Positions 1 through 7,235 of a DNA stretch of 38,072 nucleotides are shown here, piece after piece. Under the pieces are notes generated by a model. The model was given only the letters and a program-made list of their open reading frames with translations. It did not search any database and was not told the DNA's origin. Each line of letters starts with the position of its first letter. The stretch's first letter is position 1. The position numbers and the translations under genes are program-made. Source of the stretch: a virus. The DNA is taken from UHGV virus genome UHGV-0213309; one strand, given 5' to 3'.

Positions 1-888
1 ATGGCAAGAGAGGTAGATTTAGGATCAATTATCGGACCACAGGGTGAAACAGGACCGACTGGTAAATCAGCGTATCAGGTATGGCTTGCACAGCCTGGAA
101 ACGCAGGAAAAACAGAAGCACAGTATATCGCTTCCCTAAAAGGCGAAAAGGGAGCAACCGGAGCGACAGGCCCACAGGGACCAACCGGAGCAACCGGAGC
201 GACTGGACCACAGGGAGAAAAAGGAGCAACTGGAGCGACAGGTCCACAGGGACCAACCGGGGCAAAAGGAGATAAGGGAGATCCGTTCGCAATCGCAAAA
301 ACGTTCGCCTCCGTGTCAGCAATGAATTCTGGATTCTCCTCAGATGGAGTGAAAGAAGGACAGTTCGTCATGATCGACACAGGAAATGTCAATGATGCCG
401 ATAATGCGAAACTCTATATAAAAGGAAGGACAGCATATACCTATATTACAGATCTTTCAGGTGCTACTGGAATGACAGGCCCACAGGGACAAAAAGGAGA
501 TACAGGGGCTAAGGGAGCAACCGGAGACAAGGGAGCAACTGGAACACGTGGCAGCAGATGGGACGCAGGAACAGCAATCACGGGAACAAGTACAACAGCA
601 ACAGTATTTCCAGGTTCAGGAATTACAGATACATTAGTGAATGATATGTATTTGAATACATCTACAGGGTGTACATACAGATGTACTGTAAGTGGAGCAG
701 CGTCAGCAGCTAAGTGGGTATATGCAGGAAGTCTGAAAGGAAACACGGGAGCAAAAGGAGATAAGGGAGCAACAGGAGCAACAGGCCCACAGGGAGCAAC
801 CGGAGCGACAGGAGCAACCGGTAAGGATGGACAGACTCCGACATTCAAGATCAGCAATGGACACTTGATCGCAGTATACGAAAGCTAG
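1..888 (+). CDS. Collagen-like (Gly-X-Y) repeat tail fibre protein; paralog of 901..1917 and 37352..37999
   Basis: Long [16 protein letters not shown] Gly-X-Y runs. Internal module (aa ~180-250) homologous to N-terminus of next ORF. C-terminal ...[16 protein letters not shown] motif shared with ORF 37352..37999. RBS AAGGAAGGA lies at the very end of the window (circular junction). Confidence 0.75.
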   Translation: MAREVDLGSIIGPQGETGPTGKSAYQVWLAQPGNAGKTEAQYIASLKGEKGATGATGPQGPTGATGATGPQGEKGATGATGPQGPTGAKGDKGDPFAIAKTFASVSAMNSGFSSDGVKEGQFVMIDTGNVNDADNAKLYIKGRTAYTYITDLSGATGMTGPQGQKGDTGAKGATGDKGATGTRGSRWDAGTAITGTSTTATVFPGSGITDTLVNDMYLNTSTGCTYRCTVSGAASAAKWVYAGSLKGNTGAKGDKGATGATGPQGATGATGATGKDGQTPTFKISNGHLIAVYES

Positions 889-900
889 GAGGAATATACA

Positions 901-1917
901 ATGGTAGCAAGACAGATTGATCTAGGACAGGTGGTTGGACCTACAGGACCAACCGGAACCAGAGGAAGCCGCTGGACACAGGGAACGGCAATCACGGGAA
1001 CAAGCACAACGGCAACAGTATTTTCCAGTTCAGGAATCACAGATGCCATTGTGAACGACAATTACCTGAACACAGCAACTGGAAATACATATAGATGTAC
1101 TGTAGGAGGAGCAGCGTCAGCCGCTAAGTGGGTATATACAGGAAATCTGAAAGGTCCACAGGGGGCAAAAGGAGCAACTGGCTCACAAGGACCAACTGGA
1201 GCAACTGGGCCAACCGGAGCAACCGGACCGAAAGGGGACACGGGACCGACAGGACCGACAGGTCCTCAGGGTCCAACAGGAAAAGTAGATGCTAATACAC
1301 AGGTAGCGTTCACAAAGGCATCAACGAGGGAGAATATAGCAAGCAATGAGAAGATGTCAACTATTCTCGGAAAGATCGCAAAGTACTTCGCAGATCTGGG
1401 AACGTCCGCATTCAGAGCAGTGGCGAATAATTTGACAACTTCAGCAGCCGGCAGTTCTGTGTTGGATGCTTATCAGGGAAAAGTACTGGATGGAAAGAAA
1501 CTGAACACTGCAAATGTGATTAATAATCTGCTTACGACAGAGGCCGGGTATGCGCTTGATGCACGACAGGGGAAGAAGATTGAGGATCAGATTACTGAAT
1601 TAAATGGCAAATCAATTATAGACATAAGTAAAAATTACTGTAAATTTGCAAATGGTTTGATTATTCAATGGGGAACAGGAACGCTTCCAAGTTCATCGTC
1701 AGGTGGGCAAGGGTATGCAACGATAACATTTCCTATACCATTTTCAGATAAATCTTACACTGCTATTGCTTGCGCAAAATATCCTGGACCAGCAACCCCA
1801 GCGTTTATGGTATCTACAGATATCGCGAGTACCTCAAAAATGTATATATATGGACGAAGCGGCAGTTTAACACAAATAACAGGTGCTGAATGTAGATGGA
1901 TTGCTATAGGTTATTAA
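901..1917 (+). CDS. Tail fibre / receptor-binding protein with collagen-like stalk and AT-rich C-terminal tip domain
   Basis: RBS GCTAGGAGGAATATACA-ATG. N-terminal module plus Gly-X-Y repeats. C-terminal ~200 aa globular region with the ALDA.QGK motif common in Gram-positive phage fibres. GC drops sharply after ~1600. Confidence 0.8.
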   Translation: MVARQIDLGQVVGPTGPTGTRGSRWTQGTAITGTSTTATVFSSSGITDAIVNDNYLNTATGNTYRCTVGGAASAAKWVYTGNLKGPQGAKGATGSQGPTGATGPTGATGPKGDTGPTGPTGPQGPTGKVDANTQVAFTKASTRENIASNEKMSTILGKIAKYFADLGTSAFRAVANNLTTSAAGSSVLDAYQGKVLDGKKLNTANVINNLLTTEAGYALDARQGKKIEDQITELNGKSIIDISKNYCKFANGLIIQWGTGTLPSSSSGGQGYATITFPIPFSDKSYTAIACAKYPGPATPAFMVSTDIASTSKMYIYGRSGSLTQITGAECRWIAIGY

Positions 1918-1954
1918 TTTCTACAAATCATAGGAAACCTAGAAAGGAAAACAA

Positions 1955-2638
1955 ATGAACATACTTTTTCTTAATCAAGAAGAACCAGTGATGGGAACTG
2001 TAACAGTTCAAGATCTCCATCACGTGAAAATCAAGGGTGCATCACAGAATCTGTCAGGTTTTCATCTTGTGACAGATGATGGACAGGCTTATGGAAAATA
2101 TGAAGCATATACCACATTGTACAGAACAATAGAAGACGGATACATTCTGTCAGATGATGGAAGTGTATATGTAGAGCCGGATCCAGAGCCAGAACCGGAG
2201 CCATATGTTCCAACATTAGAAGAGATCCAGGAAGCGAAAGTAAGTGAGATGAATGCAGCGCAGCAGGCTGTGATAGCGGAAGGTGTGGATGTGGTGCTTA
2301 CAGATGGAAGTACGGAGCATTTCACATTAACGGAGAGAGATCAGACAAGCCTTGTAGGATTGCAGGGACAAGTGGCAGCAGGAGAGCAGAACATTCCGTG
2401 GCATACTTCAGATGAAGAGGAACATTGCAAGTTCTATAGCAATGCGGATATGGCTAAAATTACTGCAACGGCAATGGAATATGTAACATGGCACGTTACA
2501 TATTTCAGAGATTTGAGAATCTATATCAGAGCATTGACAGAAATCGAAGAAGTAGAAAAGGTAACTTATGGAATGACTATTCCGGAAGAATATCAATCAG
2601 AGCCATTGAAAACAATGATTGCGGCTCAAAACGTATGA
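1955..2638 (+). CDS. Tail-fibre-associated protein (acidic PEPEPEP linker; C-terminal region resembles DUF4376-type phage proteins)
   Basis: RBS GAAAGGAAAACAA-ATG. Position directly after fibre genes. Conserved LTDGSTEHFTLTERDQ...IPWHT...CKFYS motif block. Confidence 0.55.
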   Translation: MNILFLNQEEPVMGTVTVQDLHHVKIKGASQNLSGFHLVTDDGQAYGKYEAYTTLYRTIEDGYILSDDGSVYVEPDPEPEPEPYVPTLEEIQEAKVSEMNAAQQAVIAEGVDVVLTDGSTEHFTLTERDQTSLVGLQGQVAAGEQNIPWHTSDEEEHCKFYSNADMAKITATAMEYVTWHVTYFRDLRIYIRALTEIEEVEKVTYGMTIPEEYQSEPLKTMIAAQNV

Positions 2639-3045
2639 AATGGGTAAGACCGCTGATTCTATTTGGAATTGGCGGAACCATCTATGTATTAATTGAACTG
2701 ATCGCCAGAGGTAGAAGCCACTGGACAATGTTCTTCGTGGGGGGATTAGCATTCTATTTGATTGGATGTATCAATGAGCATAAGAAAAAAGAGATTCTGA
2801 TGCGGTGGCAGATGGCAGCAGGAGCAGGGATTATAACAGGTCTAGAACTGATTTCCGGGATCATAGTGAACATTATATTAGGATGGAATGTATGGGACTA
2901 CAGTACTCTCCCAGGAAATCTGCTTGGACAGATTTGCCCACAGTTCACGGTGCTGTGGTTCTTTCTGTCAGCTGTGGCTGTCTATCTGGATGATTGGATA
3001 AGATACTTACTGTGGGGAGAAAAACGGCCAAAATATAAATTTTAG
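2635..3045 (+). CDS. Small integral membrane protein (4 predicted TM helices), lysis-cassette associated
   Basis: ATGA start/stop overlap with upstream gene. Hydrophobic segments LILFGIGGTIYVLIELI, FFVGGLAFYLIGCI, AGAGIITGLELISGIIVNIILGW and FTVLWFFLSAVAVYL. Confidence 0.55.
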   Translation: MKWVRPLILFGIGGTIYVLIELIARGRSHWTMFFVGGLAFYLIGCINEHKKKEILMRWQMAAGAGIITGLELISGIIVNIILGWNVWDYSTLPGNLLGQICPQFTVLWFFLSAVAVYLDDWIRYLLWGEKRPKYKF

Positions 3046-3060
3046 AAAGGAAGGATTGAA

Positions 3061-3525
3061 ATGATGGATAAGATTATCACATTGCTGTCAAGCAATTCAT
3101 TTGTAAAAATTTTGCTGATAGCGGTTGCCTTAGATACGATACTTGGCGTACTCAGGGCGATTAAAGAACACAAATTCAACAGCTGCGTAGGAATCGATGG
3201 AGCAATTCGGAAAGCGGGAATGCTCTTGTCGGTATGCTTCCTTATGGCAACGGATGTGATCATGCATATTAATGTATTAAGCATGGTACCTGAGGAGTAT
3301 GTACAGCTTCTTGGTATTGACAAGATGGGAATCTGCGAATTTTTCAGTTTGTTATTCATTTTATATGAATTGGTCAGCATTTTGAAGAATATGACATTGT
3401 GCGGTCTTCCGGTTCCGACAAAGATTAAGAGATGGATCCAGAAGTTCCTGGATGATATGACAGAGGAGCTTCCGGAAGAAGAGGTACAGGAATTGCACCA
3501 GTGCAAGAAAGGAGAAGAATCATGA
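3061..3525 (+). CDS. Holin, TcdE/UviB (phage_holin_4_1) family
   Basis: RBS GAAAGGAAGGATTGAA-ATG. Strong similarity in layout and motifs to C. difficile TcdE-type holins (KFNSxxGIDGxIRKxxM..., ...FFSxLFILYExVSILKNMxLCGLPVP...). Confidence 0.8.
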   Translation: MMDKIITLLSSNSFVKILLIAVALDTILGVLRAIKEHKFNSCVGIDGAIRKAGMLLSVCFLMATDVIMHINVLSMVPEEYVQLLGIDKMGICEFFSLLFILYELVSILKNMTLCGLPVPTKIKRWIQKFLDDMTEELPEEEVQELHQCKKGEES

Positions 3526-3698
3526 CAGAACAGACAATTAAAGAAACAATTAAGAGTTTCGCTTACGGACTTTCAGCAAAAGAAATCTCCGACAACGAAG
3601 GAACATCACTTGAAGTTATGGAGAAGTTTGCAGAGGAACACGCTGCGGAGATTGAGCAGAAAAAAGCAGAGCTGAAAGAAGGTGGCTGGTATGAGTAA
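3522..3698 (+). CDS. Small hypothetical protein between holin and lysin
   Basis: Short ORF MTEQTIKETIK... overlapping the holin 3' end and the lysin start. Coding-like codon usage. Confidence 0.35.
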   Translation: MTEQTIKETIKSFAYGLSAKEISDNEGTSLEVMEKFAEEHAAEIEQKKAELKEGGWYE

Positions 3699-4761
3699 GT
3701 TAATCATTGATGTTAGCTATCATAATGGAGTGATAAATTGGGAAAAAGTAAAAGCATCCGGTTGTGCCGGAGCTATTCTTAGATGCGGATATGGAGATGA
3801 TATCACATCACAGGATGATAAGCAGTGGATTCGCAACCTTGCTGAGTGCGAAAGACTTGGTATTCCGGTAGGAGTGTATCTGTACAGCTATGCGACTTGT
3901 GACAGACAGGCTCAGAGCGAACTTGACCACATCTTGAGATTGATTAAAGGTCATACATTCCAGTTGCCGATTTTCCTTGACGTGGAAGAACCTGGCACAC
4001 AGAACTATGCTCCTAGATGCTGTGAAATCGTCTGCGAAGGACTAAAAGCAAATGGATATACTCCGGGAATCTACGCTTCACTGAGTTGGTTCAACAACCA
4101 TCTTGGCAGTGTATGTGGCAAGTACATTGAATGGATGGCAAGGTATAAGAATCTCCCGGAAGATACATACAAAGGTCAGTATGCTATCTGGCAGTATTCT
4201 TCTGATGGACAAGTAGATGGAGTCAGTGGAAGAGTAGATGTCAACTATTGCTACATGGAGTTCGGTGGCAGTGCTACACCAGTAACACCGTCAGCACCAT
4301 CTAAGCCGGTAGAAAAGAAAGACTTAGGACAGGTCGATATTACATATCAGGCTTTCACAGACAGATGGTGGCCACCAGTGGTGAATAAAATCGACTGGGC
4401 TGGAAAAAGAGATAATGTTTCGATTAAGTGGCTTGCCATCAAGGTAAGCAAAGGAAGTATCCGCTGTAGAGTATACACAAGAAAGAATGGCTGGTTGCCA
4501 TATCTCACATTCGGCAACAGCTATAACCTGAATGACAAGGTAAATGGAATCCTCGGAGATGGTTCAGAGATTCTTGCCGTAGAACTGTACTACATCACAC
4601 CGGAAGGATATAAGTACAAGATGGTTCACTACAGAGTTTCTGTGAAAGATAACTCGAACTTCTACAGTGAGCAGATCGATACGCTGAAAGCCAATGGTGC
4701 AGACGGCTATGCAGGAGACAAATACAGATTCATTGACAAGTTCCAGGCTTGGATTGAGTAA
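3691..4761 (+). CDS. Endolysin, GH25 muramidase domain plus C-terminal cell-wall-binding region
   Basis: RBS GAAGGTGG then ATG. N-terminal IIDVSYHNGVINW...GxxxxILRCGYG...YLYSY motifs typical of Glyco_hydro_25 lysozymes. Followed by a hairpin terminator. Confidence 0.85.
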   Translation: MSKLIIDVSYHNGVINWEKVKASGCAGAILRCGYGDDITSQDDKQWIRNLAECERLGIPVGVYLYSYATCDRQAQSELDHILRLIKGHTFQLPIFLDVEEPGTQNYAPRCCEIVCEGLKANGYTPGIYASLSWFNNHLGSVCGKYIEWMARYKNLPEDTYKGQYAIWQYSSDGQVDGVSGRVDVNYCYMEFGGSATPVTPSAPSKPVEKKDLGQVDITYQAFTDRWWPPVVNKIDWAGKRDNVSIKWLAIKVSKGSIRCRVYTRKNGWLPYLTFGNSYNLNDKVNGILGDGSEILAVELYYITPEGYKYKMVHYRVSVKDNSNFYSEQIDTLKANGADGYAGDKYRFIDKFQAWIE

Positions 4762-4799
4762 GAGCATAAAGTAAAACAATAGTGAAAAGTGTGTAATAA

Positions 4800-4839
4800 G
4801 ATACCCTCAGAGTTAAACTCTGGGGGTATCTTTTTATTT
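4800..4839 (+). terminator. Rho-independent terminator after lysis cassette
   Basis: GATACCCTCAGAGTT / AACTCTGGGGGTATC inverted repeat followed by TTTTTATTT. Confidence 0.8.
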
Positions 4840-4842
4840 CAA

Positions 4843-4896
4843 AAATACACCGAAAACAGTGTTGACAATACACCGAAAATGGTGTATTGTATAGTT
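4843..4896 (+). promoter_or_regulatory. Sigma70-like promoter (TTGACA-17-TATTGT) flanked by two perfect 12-nt direct repeats ATACACCGAAAA
   Basis: TTGACA at 4862-4867. Direct repeats at 4845-4856 and 4868-4879. ACACC..GGTGT inverted element over the -10 region. Lies upstream of the low-GC cassette. Confidence 0.6.
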
Positions 4897-4931
4897 GTAA
4901 CAAAGAAGAGCACATGAAAAGGAGAAAGACC

Positions 4932-5315
4932 ATGACAGTAGAGGAAATCAGAAATTTAATCAGTGAAGCAGAATATGATTACATTGGAATCAGAGCAGAT
5001 AGCAGAGATTATCAGATTGGTGAAGTGATGGATAACTCACATCAGCTCTTCCAGGATCCTCAGTATACAGACTTTGAATGTACAGAGTTGTTATATCCAT
5101 ACATTTCAGAAGGTCCTTATACCGGATTCTATGATGGCGGAGAACTTGATGGCACATGTGCACTTGAAGTATCTGAGAGCAATATCGAAGAAATGATTGA
5201 AAGAGTAACGTCATATGGAAACAAATATTATTTGATTGGTGGAAACTCAATGGAATACGGAAATGACGATGACGAGATTATTATTAATGATGCAGAAGTG
5301 ATTGCAAGAATATAG
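4932..5315 (+). CDS. Hypothetical protein (first gene of low-GC accessory cassette)
   Basis: RBS AAAAGGAGAAAGACC-ATG. Acidic protein MTVEEIRNLISEAEYDYIG... with no recognisable family. Confidence 0.5.
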   Translation: MTVEEIRNLISEAEYDYIGIRADSRDYQIGEVMDNSHQLFQDPQYTDFECTELLYPYISEGPYTGFYDGGELDGTCALEVSESNIEEMIERVTSYGNKYYLIGGNSMEYGNDDDEIIINDAEVIARI

Positions 5316-5327
5316 AGGAGAAAAATA

Positions 5328-6158
5328 ATGAATGGAAATATATGGAAAGAAGTTCTGAAGCAACATGAAATGCTAGGTATTGAAAATATAATTCCTGTAT
5401 CTCATATAAGAATAAGACCAGATATAGGAATATTATTAGACGATAATGGCAATTTTGTAGGTGCAACTATAATCAAAAACGAAAGATGCTCAATCCCATG
5501 TACTATAGACTCAGAAAGTAGAACTAATGGAATATCGCCACATCCGATACACGATAATATGAGTTATATTTGCGGAGAATATCCAAATTATGAAAAACGA
5601 CACGATACATATATGAAACAATTGCAAAGTTATACAGAAAATGTAGATGATAATCTTGCAAAGAGTGTATATAGATATTTGAAAAAGAAAACAATCCGGC
5701 TTGATATCAAAAATTTGACAAAGCAAATAGAAAACATATCAGAAGAAAAATTGATGGTCGTATTCGCAACGTTAAGTCATCGAGACACGATAAGCAAAAA
5801 ATGGACAGAATACTATACATCTACGCTTGATAGAAATGGTATATGTGGAATAACAGGAGAAAAGGATCATATCCCGGATAAATATCCAAAAGGAATAAGA
5901 AATCCGTCTGATCAAGCAAAATTATTTATCGCCAATCCAAAAAAAATGGATTCAATGCCTACGAATGTGCCTGGTTATATAGCATCTCAGAAAATTATAC
6001 ATACGCTGCAATTTATGATATACGAGGGGAATTCTTGGGCATACCAAATACTAAAAGACAATGTAGATACAATCCCGGAAACATGGAAGGAATGGGTAGA
6101 AGAATATCAAGCTAAAAATGGAATACAAAAAAGGGAGGATGGGGAGAAAAATGAATAG
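5328..6158 (+). CDS. Hypothetical protein, very AT-rich (second gene of accessory cassette)
   Basis: RBS GAGGAGAAAAATA-ATG. 276 aa. GC visibly far below the phage average. Overlaps the next gene by 8 nt (translational coupling). Confidence 0.6.
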   Translation: MNGNIWKEVLKQHEMLGIENIIPVSHIRIRPDIGILLDDNGNFVGATIIKNERCSIPCTIDSESRTNGISPHPIHDNMSYICGEYPNYEKRHDTYMKQLQSYTENVDDNLAKSVYRYLKKKTIRLDIKNLTKQIENISEEKLMVVFATLSHRDTISKKWTEYYTSTLDRNGICGITGEKDHIPDKYPKGIRNPSDQAKLFIANPKKMDSMPTNVPGYIASQKIIHTLQFMIYEGNSWAYQILKDNVDTIPETWKEWVEEYQAKNGIQKREDGEKNE

Positions 6159-6786
6159 AACAGAAAAGGCCTGTATTAAATGTGGCAAGCTCTTTCACGG
6201 AGGTTCTGATAAATTTTATTGCGATGATTGTGCGAAAGCTTTAAAAAGTAATGTTATGCGTACAAGGACATGTAAAATGTGCGGAGTTGAATTCCTTGGT
6301 GGTCCGCGTGCATCCTATTGTCCAGAATGTCGCAAAATTCGGCAAAAAGAAGCAAGCGCAAGAGCAAGGAAAAGAGGTGGAGCTGTTCGGCCAATTGGAA
6401 GCATGGATAAATGCGAATGGTGCGGATCTGAATATATTGTTAATTCCGGAAGGCAAAAATATTGCTCGGATGAGTGTCAAAGAGAGGCGGTGCTAGAGTG
6501 GCAACGGAAACACAAAGAAGGATATAACAAGATATCTGGGCAAGATATTAAAAAAGCGCAACGCCGAAAAGAGAAAAAGAAAATCTGTGTATATTGCGGA
6601 CGTGTATTCTCTAGTTCTACACCAACTAATTTGTGCTCTGAATATTGTCGAAAGAAAAATAGGCAGATCAAAGAATATCAAGCAGAAATAAAACGCGGAA
6701 AGAATGTAAATATAGGCAGGTTACTGAACGAGCAGAAAGAATACCAATCAAAAGTTGAAACTAATGAAATAGAAAAAACAATATAA
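6151..6786 (+). CDS. Protein with four tandem CxxCG-x(10-12)-YCxxC zinc-ribbon modules separated by basic linkers
   Basis: Strong RBS AAGGGAGGATGGGGAG. Repeats CIKCGKLF..YCDDC, CKMCGVEF..YCPEC, CEWCGSEY..YCSDEC and CVYCGRVF..LCSEYC. Arg/Lys-rich spacers. Confidence 0.65.
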   Translation: MNRTEKACIKCGKLFHGGSDKFYCDDCAKALKSNVMRTRTCKMCGVEFLGGPRASYCPECRKIRQKEASARARKRGGAVRPIGSMDKCEWCGSEYIVNSGRQKYCSDECQREAVLEWQRKHKEGYNKISGQDIKKAQRRKEKKKICVYCGRVFSSSTPTNLCSEYCRKKNRQIKEYQAEIKRGKNVNIGRLLNEQKEYQSKVETNEIEKTI

Positions 6787-6851
6787 AATTCAAATCTGCT
6801 ACCAATTAAAAAACAGATCAGAAAGAATAGAAAGTTATTTGGGTGATTAAA

Positions 6852-7058
6852 ATGGGAAAAATGACATATAAAATTGATGTGCTAGACATGCTAAAAAAAG
6901 AAGGGTACACGCAAACCACATTAAGAAAAGAAAAGCTAATCGGTCAAGATGCAATACAGAAAATGAGAAAAGGAGAAATGATAGGGATTAACGTATTGAC
7001 AACGGTATGCAAATTACTGGATATGCAACCAGGAGATATTATAGAGTATCGGAAGTAG
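6852..7058 (+). CDS. Small HTH (XRE/Cro-C1-like) DNA-binding protein
   Basis: GGGTGA RBS then ATG. ~68 aa with a helix-turn-helix signature TQTTLRKEKLIGQDAIQKMRKGE. Last gene before the candidate attP. Confidence 0.55.
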   Translation: MGKMTYKIDVLDMLKKEGYTQTTLRKEKLIGQDAIQKMRKGEMIGINVLTTVCKLLDMQPGDIIEYRK

Positions 7059-7067
7059 CGAGCAATA

Positions 7068-7098
7068 AAATCCCCCAGAACACTAGGTTCAGGGGGAT
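7068..7098. terminator. Hairpin (ATCCCCC..GGGGGAT) downstream of accessory cassette
   Basis: Imperfect inverted repeat AATCCCCCAGAAC...GTTCAGGGGGATT. Weak T-tract. Confidence 0.4.
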
Positions 7099-7173
7099 TG
7101 AATATTGTATCATCTATTTTATATAGTATTTTGATAGAAGAAAATACGAGTTTCTTCATATTATTATGTAATT

Positions 7174-7221
7174 CATTTCCAAAAGAATTGGGATAAAGAA
7201 TAATCCCGTTTCTTTTGGAAA
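7174..7221. other. Perfect 13-bp inverted repeat ATTTCCAAAAGAA / TTCTTTTGGAAAT around a 22-bp core; candidate attP for the serine integrase
   Basis: Sits in the AT-rich non-coding gap between the last plus-strand accessory gene and the 3' end of the minus-strand recombinase gene. That is where attP is expected if this is an excised prophage. Confidence 0.4.
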
Positions 7222-7235
7222 TAACAAAAAAACCT

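Noticed and set aside
29-857. Minus-strand ORFs 29..322, 75..392 and 441..857 with PVAPVAP repeats
   Set aside because: They are the reverse-complement reading of the GGN-rich collagen codons of the fibre gene. Periodic repeats keep the antisense frame open. Not credible genes.
2488-3045. Long ATG-initiated version of the membrane-protein ORF starting at 2488
   Set aside because: The upstream 49 codons overlap the 3' end of gene 1955..2638 in another frame. ATG 2635 forms an ATGA stop/start overlap and begins exactly at the first TM helix.
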